DNA from: Giardia intestinalis
Taxonomy: Eukaryota
Reading direction: 5' to 3' (one strand)
NCBI GenBank assembly: GCA_000002435.2
Contig: CM018793.1
DNA: 64,000 bases
Both the position numbers and the translations under genes were made by a program. Shown piece after piece: positions 26,834-38,500 of the stretch. Positions within the stretch are counted from its first letter, which is position 1. The number at the start of each line of letters is the position of its first letter. The notes under the pieces were generated by a model. That model was given only the letters and a program-made list of their open reading frames with translations. It was not told the origin of the DNA and searched no databases.

Positions 26834-29800
26834 ATGCTCATCCTGTTGCTCTTGACACTATGCTACACACTCTTTCCATTCCCTACTATTAGTCCTCCGA
26901 TAAGCGTTGCAAATCGATACAGTCAAATGCTGCAGACTATCGGCCCTTTTCAAATCGTTAGGGACCAGACCATGTACAAGTCGGAGTCGCTCAATAAGTA
27001 CAAGACTGCCTTTTCTTCAGAAGCAAAGCAATACTATGACACCTTTGATGGTGGCAGGTACGGCTGGGATGATCTAAATGATCCAACGAAGGCATCAACT
27101 TTGCAAAATATTTTGTACAGACTTATAGTTATGGCAACGGCCTATTTGACAGACGGTATGGAACTCTATCACAATGAAGATTGCAAAATTAAGATTTTAC
27201 AGGCATTTACAATATTTTCTGGTAAGTACAATCCAGCTCTATATTATTCTAATGATCATCACACATGGGATATAATCATTCCAAACACTCTTGTCAATCT
27301 ACTACCGCTGCTAGATGAGATCTACTCTAACGACCCCTCCCTCTCTGTTGGCTATCAAAATGCATTGACGCGAGTTACTGAGGCTCTCCTAACACTTCCA
27401 AAGAGGTCCCCCTTTATTAACCAATGCACAAATCTTCCATCCACATGGTATAGAGATACAGAATGCACACTAAGTTCCATTGTTATGGAACTACAGATGG
27501 CAAAGCTAACCATTTTTGGATCTATACTCATTGGCGATCTTTCTCGAATGAACGTGTATTACAACAGGATCATTGATCTATTCCAAGTTAGACACTGGAA
27601 CTATGAGCTTGCCCCCACCGATGACCTCCATGACGGCTTTCGCTCAGATGGGACGTTTGTCGAGTACTTCTCGTCTATCATACCTGGCTCCACAGGGTAC
27701 TCCATGCTTTCGCTGATCGCCTCCATCCTTGCTCCGTCTCAAAAGATCATTGAGCAGCTGACAGCTTCTGGCAACACTGATGCCGCCCAATCGATACAGA
27801 CTGCCGTGCATAGTATAGCAGGTAAGGCTGCAACTTATATCCTAGACTCTATTCTACCGTTCGTTGTCAATTGTGGAGTCCCTGACATGATGGCAGGAGC
27901 TGATGCAGCAAACGACTCCAAGCCTCCGCTGTCCAGGCTCAAGGACATTTCTATGGGCATCATGCAGTTTGCATATGCAGCTTCCCTGCAAAATAGTCTA
28001 CCCTCTAACCTCAATGAGCTACTGGGACACGTGTTCAAATACCTTAACTATCACCTTACAGACTGTCCACAAATCATCGATGAGATGACAGGGCACTACA
28101 ATTTTCCCATCATAGGCGAGTGGAATCGCTCAACGGGTCTCTTTCTCAGTGTGCCCACCTATCCTGGAGAGATCATGTATGGTCATTACTTTCTTTCATA
28201 TGGCGATAGGTATGTCTACAATGCACATGACTTTTCGGTCAACATAGCCATGAACTCGTACAAAACCCGTAATTTCCAATGTATCCGAAATCTCAACAAG
28301 CTGGGATTTTATCAAGCAGCCGGGGCTATCATGCCCAGCGTGCGCTACCATAAGGATCAGTACAATCATCATGTCCTGTTTGCGTCGGAGAAGGGGTACA
28401 TGGGGACCACTGCTTACCCAAAGTTTTCCTCTAAATGCTCGTCTCAGACCCACCTTTTTGGCTCTCTCTCAGATGGAAAGTTCGTCTCCAGTATTACAGA
28501 CGGGGAGCATGGCAGTGCATCCATGGACTACTACAATGCGCCAGAGAACGATGTTCGTTATCGTGCTCTTTACCTCATCGAATCTATCTCACAAGGGGTT
28601 CATGTGGCGCAGATGACCACTGGTGGCGCAAGACTCGGTGATCTTACGGCAAACGTGGCTGTAGTACCTTACGTAGATGGCGATACTTTTGAAATATACC
28701 TCGATGGCGCTAAAAAGACTCAGGATACAATCTCTTTCTCCAAAGCATCACGCATCCTCATCAAAATGACCCCGAAAAGCGGGAGCCAGTATGCTGTTGC
28801 TCTCTTCTTGCGCAAGAATTTATCCGGAACAATCAAGAACGTGACAATCAACAAGCCATATACTGACTTGGGTGGCAGTTCAAGCACAAAGATCAAAACC
28901 TACGGGATTCACATTTCCCTCACTCTCAAGCTAACCAGTTTTTACTACACAGATAAGATATACTGGAACGCTCGCAAAGCTATTTTCTACTCCTATTACC
29001 CGTACTTACCTTATTCAACCAATGACCAGGACTTGGCTACTATGGAACAAAAGTACAGATTGCTCTTCAAAAAGGGTCGGGTAGATGAGAATGCTTCCGT
29101 CCATAGTAACAAATACATGCTGGTATCCTTCAGTAACTCCACGCAGGATATTATCGCAATCAGCTTCTTTGAAAAGGGGAGTGCGACTCTTGCAAGCGGG
29201 ATAACCATTGCAGCAAATGACACGGTTCAAATCTTGTTTAAAGTGACTGATAATACATACTATCTCATAATGCGTGATCCTGTTATTTCCTCTCCGCGAC
29301 CAATTCGAGTTGAGGTTCAAGGCCTTATTGATATGCATAATCTTCAGCACTGGTGTCATAATGCGGGAGTAGTTGATTCTACTACACTTGTCATTGAGGA
29401 GTCGTTTCTTGGTCCATCGCTTTGCCAAGTACGAGTCGATCGACAGGTATCACAGACACCAGATGACAAGCCTATTCCACCCACCAATCCTCCTTCTCCA
29501 ACTCCCCCGCCTTATATTCCACCATTCCTGCCTACGGATGATCTGCTGTACGACAATTCAACAGATGTCATTGTGATTCCAGATAACCAGGCGATGAGGA
29601 CGGCAAAGATTGCAGCTATATCTGCCTCTATTATAATTGTGTTGGTAATTATAGTTGTGCTTCTAGTTGTGTTCCTCCTCCGATGTAAGAAAACTGCAAA
29701 AGATCTAAAGGCTGTTGAAGGAGCACTCAAAATGACACCCATACCGCCATCAGGAAGAGAGCCACCTCATGCCTTTTCCGTTCTAGATAATGATAGCACA

Positions 29801-30043
29801 GTGCTAGAATCAATCCATAGTGTGCACAGTACGTTTAGTGAAGCGTCTGCCATTAATACAACAGATCCTGACCCAAAGGAGGCTCCCCAACCTCGTAGAG
29901 TTAAAGTCCAACGGTCGCTCCCATCAAAATTCGGTAGCAAGAAGACTACTGCAGTTACTAACTACATAGATGAGGACGGTGTGGACAACGATAGCTTCGA
30001 CAGTATTTCCATTCACCATGCTGCAAAGATGTTCACACAATAA
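26834..30043 (+). CDS. Large type I membrane glycoprotein, hypothetical (ectodomain of unknown function, possibly alpha/alpha-toroid plus beta-sandwich like polysaccharide lyases)
   Basis: 1069 aa with a true ATG after ttaaaaactct. It has a signal peptide (MLILLLLTLCYTLFPFP), many NxS/T sequons, a Pro-rich stalk (PPTNPPSPTPPPYIPPFLPTDD), a single TM (IAAISASIIIVLVIIVVLLVVFLL) and a ~130-aa cytoplasmic tail. The lyase-like hint rests only on the segment DGFRSDGTFVEYFSSIIPGSTGYS and is weak. Confidence 0.65.
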   Translation: MLILLLLTLCYTLFPFPTISPPISVANRYSQMLQTIGPFQIVRDQTMYKSESLNKYKTAFSSEAKQYYDTFDGGRYGWDDLNDPTKASTLQNILYRLIVMATAYLTDGMELYHNEDCKIKILQAFTIFSGKYNPALYYSNDHHTWDIIIPNTLVNLLPLLDEIYSNDPSLSVGYQNALTRVTEALLTLPKRSPFINQCTNLPSTWYRDTECTLSSIVMELQMAKLTIFGSILIGDLSRMNVYYNRIIDLFQVRHWNYELAPTDDLHDGFRSDGTFVEYFSSIIPGSTGYSMLSLIASILAPSQKIIEQLTASGNTDAAQSIQTAVHSIAGKAATYILDSILPFVVNCGVPDMMAGADAANDSKPPLSRLKDISMGIMQFAYAASLQNSLPSNLNELLGHVFKYLNYHLTDCPQIIDEMTGHYNFPIIGEWNRSTGLFLSVPTYPGEIMYGHYFLSYGDRYVYNAHDFSVNIAMNSYKTRNFQCIRNLNKLGFYQAAGAIMPSVRYHKDQYNHHVLFASEKGYMGTTAYPKFSSKCSSQTHLFGSLSDGKFVSSITDGEHGSASMDYYNAPENDVRYRALYLIESISQGVHVAQMTTGGARLGDLTANVAVVPYVDGDTFEIYLDGAKKTQDTISFSKASRILIKMTPKSGSQYAVALFLRKNLSGTIKNVTINKPYTDLGGSSSTKIKTYGIHISLTLKLTSFYYTDKIYWNARKAIFYSYYPYLPYSTNDQDLATMEQKYRLLFKKGRVDENASVHSNKYMLVSFSNSTQDIIAISFFEKGSATLASGITIAANDTVQILFKVTDNTYYLIMRDPVISSPRPIRVEVQGLIDMHNLQHWCHNAGVVDSTTLVIEESFLGPSLCQVRVDRQVSQTPDDKPIPPTNPPSPTPPPYIPPFLPTDDLLYDNSTDVIVIPDNQAMRTAKIAAISASIIIVLVIIVVLLVVFLLRCKKTAKDLKAVEGALKMTPIPPSGREPPHAFSVLDNDSTVLESIHSVHSTFSEASAINTTDPDPKEAPQPRRVKVQRSLPSKFGSKKTTAVTNYIDEDGVDNDSFDSISIHHAAKMFTQ

Positions 30044-32576
30044 ATATGAGGCTTAGTGCAGGCTGAGGGCGATGCATAGATGCGTGGTCTAACAGGTTAT
30101 CTCATACAGTCGCCGATAATCTGAAATACAGATCCCTATAAGGCTATATGCATATGTACACCGCCCGTCTACATTTCTATGCGTTGGAGATGAACTTTCT
30201 TGCTTATTGTTATCATTATGAAAACAAAGCTGCATAGTGAAGATGGATTTATCAAAGTAGAGGAATTTCACAATAGTGTTGTGATAAGAACACATGAGAT
30301 AGTGATTTTTAATCTAGATAAAGCTGGCTCACTTCCCTAACCAAACCCATAGTATAAGAATGAGCCATATTGAGCATATGCAATAGCTACCAAAACTGAT
30401 ACAACTACTATCAATATGTTCGTTATTGTATGGCGGAGGAATAGATGATCCTGTTCCCCTACTGAAGCGTCTTCTTCTAGATAAGTACCTCCCCCTTGTT
30501 AACCTGATTCTGGCCGGGACAGGAGTGGCCCTCATGAACGGGAACTTCATCGACTACGCTACCATCGACACTGTTTATCTGTGCAGCGAGGACAGAGTGC
30601 TCTTTGTTGTTGACATCGAGAAGAATCGATATTTTTCCTAAATCTTGCATCACGTATATCCTCGCACGTCGAGGGTTCAGCCTGTACCATATGAACGGCT
30701 TGACTGAACGAAAGCGTGTCTTATTAGTAACACTATTTAGTAGTAAATGTTTGTAGACCTCCCCGGCGAAACGCCTTAGGCCAGGGCTTCTGAGCATCGA
30801 CGTGCACCGTCGCACTGATGATGCACAGGAGCATGAGTCTTCTCCAATGACGAGGACAAGCGGACCGAGGAGATGCGTGTGCTCGTGAGCTCCTGGGCTG
30901 GGCTTAGCAGGGTCGGCCGATGGACGTTTGCAATCACAGACCATGACATTGAGAATGCATCTTCAGCGTGTCACAGATAAGCCCTGGTATCCCTGAGCTC
31001 TGGAACTGCAAACCGGATCCCGCGCAGACATGTGGGCGTTGAACTGTATACTGAGCCGCGGACGCTTGCTTTGTTCCTTGATCCTCGGGATTGGATACAT
31101 GGTCACTAGCGATTGACTGTGCTCCCTGCCAAATGCACCAGCTATGCGCCGTCATGGCTGCACATATCCATTCACAGTATGCGATGTGCCTACTATCCGG
31201 GTAGACACTAATCCTTAGTCGCAGAGGCCACTTGCAGATACGCTCAGCCACTGCGGCCTCTGCCTGTATCTGTGTACTGGGGCAGCTCCGTGCATGCCTG
31301 GGCCCTTGTCGTGCAGCTACCCTTTGCCTGCAAGCGTCCACTTGCACATGCTAGCCTGACTGCTGTCGACGCCCCGTGGTCTGGCAAGCAGTTACAATGA
31401 AGGCATAGGCTAATGACCCCTATGTAGTCGTTGACACACGAGTAACAGCTGTGCCGTGCGACTGCAGTCGATTCTCACCATCTACTAGGCACCAAGATGA
31501 AAGTGACGCACTGTGGGACCTACGCCTTTGTGTGCCTTAGATCTACGACCCTCGATCCTAGTGTTGGTTCAGAGGTCTCTTGCTTGACCACAGTGGGGGT
31601 CTTGCAATGGTGTGCACTCAGTCCCCATGGTCAGGACAGGGTGACTGGTATGAGTCGCGACGCATATCCTGCCCATGCTCCGACAAACGGACGCTCCAGA
31701 GGCTCCGAAATACACGGTGCTCTCCTGTTCTGTGGGAATCGGTATGCTCAGGGATACCCGGGACTTGGGTGTGTGTCCGGGTGGGCACCAGGCACTCCGG
31801 CAACACTGGCGGTAGAGTGGGATAGGAGACAGGTGTATTCTGTCGGGTGCTGATGGCAGTGCTCCCGGTGGCCATCCACTACACGTGCCCGTCCGTCTCA
31901 TAAGGCCAGGCTGGCCTGCACAGCCCCCCACTGTGGTCAGCTGATGGGAGACCCAGTGGAAGAGAGCCCTCGGGGACCGGAATCCATGGGAGACGGGTGG
32001 ACTCAGTCACTGGTCATGCAAGGGTTGCCATAGCCCCATCGAGGTCCAGTACCATCACAGCCTGTCACAGGGCGGGTAGAGCTGCACACGACAATGCAGG
32101 GCTCGCTGTCGCTGTGATCATCGTCGGTATCCTCTGCTGGTAGCCATCTATCTACGAACTCTCCAGTGAGTGGCAGATCCCAAAAGGCTAGTAAGAAGCA
32201 AGCATCTGTATACATGCTACTGCATCCCGCATGTTCTCAGTACTGCTGTACACTGGTAGTACGGGAAAGTTTGTAGTTGGGCTCAGATTGAAGAAACGCG
32301 ATCTTCTTTTCCTCCGCCAAAGCTAGATTTATTCTGGCCATAGGATCAAGCTCCGGCAAGGAAGCTGTCCAGTGTGCCAGCTCACTCTGACTGATCCGCT
32401 TGGACAACAACCCGCCGTAGTAAAGTAACGTAAATTGTGTGTCATACTTGGTAGTTCCAATAGAAGGAAAATTCTCTGTCCTAATAACCACAGGACTCCC
32501 ATGAGACATGGAGACAGCTCTTCTTTAATTGAGTCTAGTACAGGCATGCAGTTGAAAAAAGAGGCACTGCTCTGGA

Positions 32577-35500
32577 GTGTTTGATCAAGTTCATCTAGAA
32601 CACATTATGAATGCGCACAACATGGTGCTGTGCTCTAACATGGTCAAGGACGCACCATTAGACCGTTCTAACATACGTCAAGGGGAGTTCTCTCCTGCGT
32701 TTTCCTCATTGCTTCCAGCTCCTATTCTCTTCCATAGAGTGCACAGTAACTGTCTTACTTGTTTTCTTTCAAATGGAGAGCTCTACAAGCTGTTTAGAGA
32801 CGACTCTGGCCGCATTGAAGCAGAGCTTGTTTTCCGTCTCCCTCTCTCCAACGCCCTGCTAACTGCTGGTTGCTTTGCGCATGGAAGCAAGAACATTATT
32901 ATTGTATGCTCAATCTTACAATCTTCATTAGATTCTACCCGATTTCCAGTCTCTTTCGACTCACAAATCAGTGTATATTATCATCAGAAAAAACAGTACT
33001 CCGTCCCTCTTCCTGGGTCTGTAATTAAAGAGTGCATTCCAGGGGATGGCTATATAATGCTTCTAGGCCACGAAGGTGAAGTTTTCTTCTACACCTGTAC
33101 AGGGGACTCTTTGACCCTTATTAGGAAGTTCTCTAGTTCACATGACTTAGCGGTAAAATTACTTATACACTGCGGAAAGCTCTTTGCGCAATCCTCTTTT
33201 AATGTAGTTTGCCGACTGCTGATGTTAAACGTGGCTATTACACCCTTAGCCTTCACCTCTTCCTCGCACCTATTCTTACTATATCAGAACGGTGCACTAT
33301 TGGCATTGCATGGCCTTTCTATTACTCTCTATGCACTTTTGCAGCCACATCAACTCGGGAAAGCGCTAACCTTTTCTGCGTTCTGTTCTGACAAGCAATC
33401 AACACCATCTAAGACATCATCTATAGTTCGGCCAACAACGATTTCATTAGCATCTGGCTATCTGTTCGTCGGCTTTGCCAACGGCTTTCTCAGCGTTTAT
33501 GCTCTGGAGAAAATCAAGGACGACATGTCCCAGGGAAAGTTAGCCACACAACCAATAGTATCATTCAATACTTTAGAGCTATATAAAAGTATCCACTCAA
33601 TAAGCACTACTGTGCACACAAGTGATGACCAGACCTTACACAAAGGAGTTTCAGCACTGCATCCCGTGTACCTGTGGGACACGACCACCTGTCAACCACG
33701 TCTTGAATCGCAACAAGATGACGACGATCACACAACTATCTATCTGACTGAGCTTTCTAATCAGGCAATGTCCTCGACCATGCAGGATGTCCCAAGCCCC
33801 TTCAGCCACCTTAATCTGTACCTTTTAGTAACGATTAGTAACTCAGCTGATGTATTCCTTTTGAGAGTTTTCCCACAGAATGAGCTAAAATTAGTCTTAA
33901 CATACGAGAGACCCGCCCAGCTGCAAATGCTTGCAGTCAGCATCACCCAGATCCTTTTTCTTACAAACAGTGGATTCACTCAAGCAATTTACGTACAGCT
34001 CTCTAATGGCTCCATCTTTCGGCTCCTGCTTCCTGCTCACGTATTCCTTTACTCTGCCCTCAGTCCACCTCCACCAAAAGCACCACATAGCCCTGACAAA
34101 TTAAAAGAGCATAACACTTCTTGCAACGATAACAGCGTTGCTGATATTGTGTCAGATTTACTTGATAAACCGCTGAGTACTGGCATGCAGCCGTCACGAC
34201 ATCCCCTTATCTCTTCCACCAAGAATCTAGAGAAAATGGTCGTCAACAGCTCTATAATTATCGCTAACCTCTTCCCCTATGGGCAATATTATTCTGATAA
34301 TAGCATGACTGCTGTATCAGCCGACAAACTCCATTCTGCAGATCCCTTCATTACCAAACAGCGAAATGCAACTCTACTAAATGCATTGCTAACAGATACC
34401 CAGCTAAGGCCACCTGCTACATCAGTATCTCGCTCAGGACAGGCTACACGTAGCCTCCCTCCTTCTCATACTGGGCCTTCTGGTCCGTGCTTCACCAACT
34501 TGTTTGCTCAGAATAGCCCCTTAGTAGCACAAGCGACGAAGAGTAACAATTCAGCACTGAAGTCTCTTGAGAGGCATGCAACTCTTAAAATCGCCAAAGC
34601 AATCCCTAACGAGAAAGTCTATCACCAAGTAATCCTAAATCCTATGACTCCTGTTCGGTCACGCTTCGTTCTTAATTTTTTACCAACTGGAAATCCTGTT
34701 TTGCGACTGTTAGATGGGACTATCAGCAAACCAAAGCCTATACTTGCCCAAGTTAACGCTTTATTTGGAGGCGCTGATGTTCAGTCACAGATACCTACTA
34801 AGCACTCAAACCATGCACAAGCAGAGCTCACTTCCATAGCTCCTCAGCTCTCAACGAGCAAACCGACTCGGCCACGACCACCCTCTCCTCCTCAGCTGCA
34901 TAGAAGTCATCTTCTAAATATTGAGCTACCAATGCCCTCATTTTCTGCAGAAGGAATTAAATCCAAACAGCATCATTTATCTGCATCTCCATTCACTAGC
35001 ACGCGAAAAGCGACTAACAATTCCATCGCTGAACATGTGCTTCCACTGCGTGATAATATTGCTCTGGGGGCTAGAATATTGCCAATAAGGGGTAAGAGCG
35101 AAAGCTCTTTAGACGAGCTGTTTCTTTCTCACTTAGAGTCACGTGACTTAAGCACAGAGTGCACGGCTGTAGACAGATGCTATACACCTTTTGGTCCGGT
35201 AGAATCTCTATCAGTTTACCGGCACTCGGACTTCTGCAAGAAGAATGGTGACTTGAGGCTGATATATCCCCACAAGCGGCTTACACACGGGTCTGAAGAC
35301 TCGTTTAGCTGCACTCTAAACTTTAGTATCCAATCAGAAGACGCACTACAAGAACGCTCCAGAACGTCTCAATCCAAGAGTATCTGGACAGGCTCAGTGC
35401 GTTCTAAATACAAGTATAAAGCCGCTTCAGGACAATTTTTGGCCAATTCACATCTCCATGCAAGTGCCCTTAATGTAGCTCCGGCTAAGATATATTCTCA

Positions 35501-38500
35501 CTCAGATAACCTCAGAAAGAGATGGCACTCCAAGCATTTTACCACAAAAAGACATTATAGTCACGGATTTTCCACTTCAAAAGCCAGCCATCATGGAAGA
35601 AATCGTCCTGCAAATGCTGTAAGCTTTTTCGTAGTCAATCTGAACGACCTCTTTGCAAATTCAATAGCTAAGCAGATTCTGAAAATTAATGTGACCTCAA
35701 CTAGCACAATAATACCACAGCCATCAGCTCAAACCTTGGCAGCTAAACTTCCTAAGAAAATAGGTATTGAAGATACTAGCAGAATCTTGGATGAGCATAT
35801 GGGCTATGAAGTGCTAAGTCACGATGAGGAAAAGCAGCCCAATCTCGGAGGAGACCGGCGGCTTCTCACCTCGAAGTCAGGACTCTGGGATTCCTCCACT
35901 ATTGTAAGGAATCCCGATAATGGCGTAGATAGTAGTAAGCTATGTGATTCAAGATATTTACCACCCGATCCAATTATTCCCTCCGCTTTAGTAACTGATC
36001 AGGTGGAGGTTTTAAACAACCAGATTATCACTGATCCACGAGAGTTGTGCACTGACAGCTCTCTTTCTGAAATTCCTCCTAAAATAGGGTTGCCTATGCA
36101 AAGTGTGCAGGACCACACTTTACCACGAGAACAGCACAATCAGGCTGATATGGTTCCCGCATCTTCTCAGCTGCATGATCCATGTGTCCTAGTTGACGAA
36201 GGAGGGCAGTTAGTCATATTTTCGACACCCATAAGTCCAATTCTTAGTGATATTATTAAGGATTGCACCCTCAGACCTGTATTAGATGGTCTAGAAGATC
36301 TATCTCAGGACTCTGTTGAAGAGCCCCTGGCTTTGAAGTTGCCAGGGGTATTTCGGCACAACTTTTTCGGGTCGCAGGAGGATGCAGAGCTAGGGATAAG
36401 CCTGGATCTTTTCCCACACAATAAGATGCGCATTTCACACAACAAATATGATCTCTTGAGCATTTGCACCTATCGTGGTCCCCTGCCCCAGATAGACGAT
36501 GACACAAAACGATTTCTAGAGGTCATGGAGCAGCGGAGCAGGTTTCATCTTGATACCAGTGATCCTGGCAATAGCCTTACACTTACAGGGTCCTACATCT
36601 CCGCACAGCAAAGTGTACTCAAAAACTTGGGGCTGTACCGTCAAACTATATCCACTATGAGCGCGCAACTGCAGCGAGCTAATCTGAAGAAGGATAGAAT
36701 GCAACAGCTATACAGAGAGATAATTAGACGCATATTAAACAATATCGATCGCCTTTGCGAGCAAGATTGCATTAAAAAGGTTACGCTAGGAAAGGACAAA
36801 TACTATTCCTTAAGGAAACAATGTGTAATAGAATACTCTGGTTCAGACGCCGAGTCGTTCTCACAAGATAGTGACTCTGAGACAGATGGTTTACGCAAAT
36901 GTCATGATAATTCTAAAAATCCCTTCGCTGAAGAGTCCATACTTCGACTACAAGATGACTCATCCGTTAATCTAGAAGAGCGTCAAGTATATCAAGAAAT
37001 ACCAGAGGAAGCACTCACTGGTGACCCATCTATTCTGACTTTGGATCAACTTAACACTAGTCTCTCAAAGGAGGATTCGTCCAGTCAAAACTGCCAGGCC
37101 AATAATTCATTCCTAATGAATGCAACGCCAATTAATGAGCCGAGTATCAGTAACATCGATGCAAAAAGTTCCCAATCTCCAAAACATTATGATATAATAG
37201 CGGACCATTCTAGTGATCCCTTCAAGGACTCTTCAAATCAAAACCCTATTCTACCTGCGGAGGATTCAAGACCTTCTTCTCCTGAGGTGCATGTCTTTGA
37301 ACGATATGAACATGCAGGAGAGCCATCGCAGAGATATGTCATTCATAGAGACCGAACAAAGGTTCTCTTCGATATTTACGCAGAAGATCAGGAGTACTCT
37401 GACACAGACCCTATATACACAGAGGATAACCCGAAGTATGTACCACTAATGTTGACCACTGAGCAATATAGGACCTTGTTTCACCTTGATGCAGACCTGA
37501 GCAGGCGGCTGCGACGGCTAGATGTGTCTGATGCACCATCTCTATACGCTAACACCATAGATCACCGAGTAGACCCACAATTATGGTTCATGAAAACAGG
37601 ATATATTTTTTCTCCACTGGAGGACAGCGACCCACCAGCCAAGGAGCAATCCGTTGCTCAGCGAAATGCTCTTTCGTTTCAACGAGTTAGGACGCATCTT
37701 ACCCTAGGAGACATAGCGGAGCATCATACTTATGAGGACATGGTCTCCTTGTTGACAACTGCATTACCCGATGGTGAGAACAGCGAAGAAGCACGCATAC
37801 CAGAGGAAACGCCGGAAGACTTAGACCTAGATATTTTCGAAGAAAGCGTCAGCGCCCTTGCCTACGAGGATTTGACTCCTGACCAGAAGCTAAGATACTT
37901 GCTGAACGAGCCGTATGTTGATGCAACACATTTGTATCTAAGCAAGACTCTTGATGAGTTAGGGTACTTTATGCAGAAGAGGAACAGAGACCGTCAAAGG
38001 AGAACCATTTACGCCGAGGAGAGTATTTTCGATCTGATGGCCAACGGGTTGGGGTTCACAAAACCTCGCATGCCAGATAACTACATGCTGGACGACCATA
38101 CACGGAAGCACAGGGTTGATCAAGCATATGGAAAGCTTCTTTCATTTGCAAGTACCCCTCATTCGGGTTGCTTGTCTGGTTTTGGGAGAGCTGAACGCGC
38201 TGACCTCACAGCTGCAAACCAGTTTTACTGTAGTGCGTCTATTAAGCAAGCGTCTAAAGCTCCATCTGATGTAGAACCTGACATCTTAGTGCGAGATTAT
38301 AAGCGGTCGCACTACTATCATAATCCCCTTATCAATTTGCTTCAGTGCTATTACCTAGTGCGGAATTACGCTGCATTAAACGTTTATTTTTCTCGACACT
38401 TAGTGCTAACTGATAAGATATATACACGACCCAAATCTGCTCCATTGTGGCTTGGAAAGAAGCGAAAAGAGCAATCCATTCTTGATCTTTGGGAAGAGAC

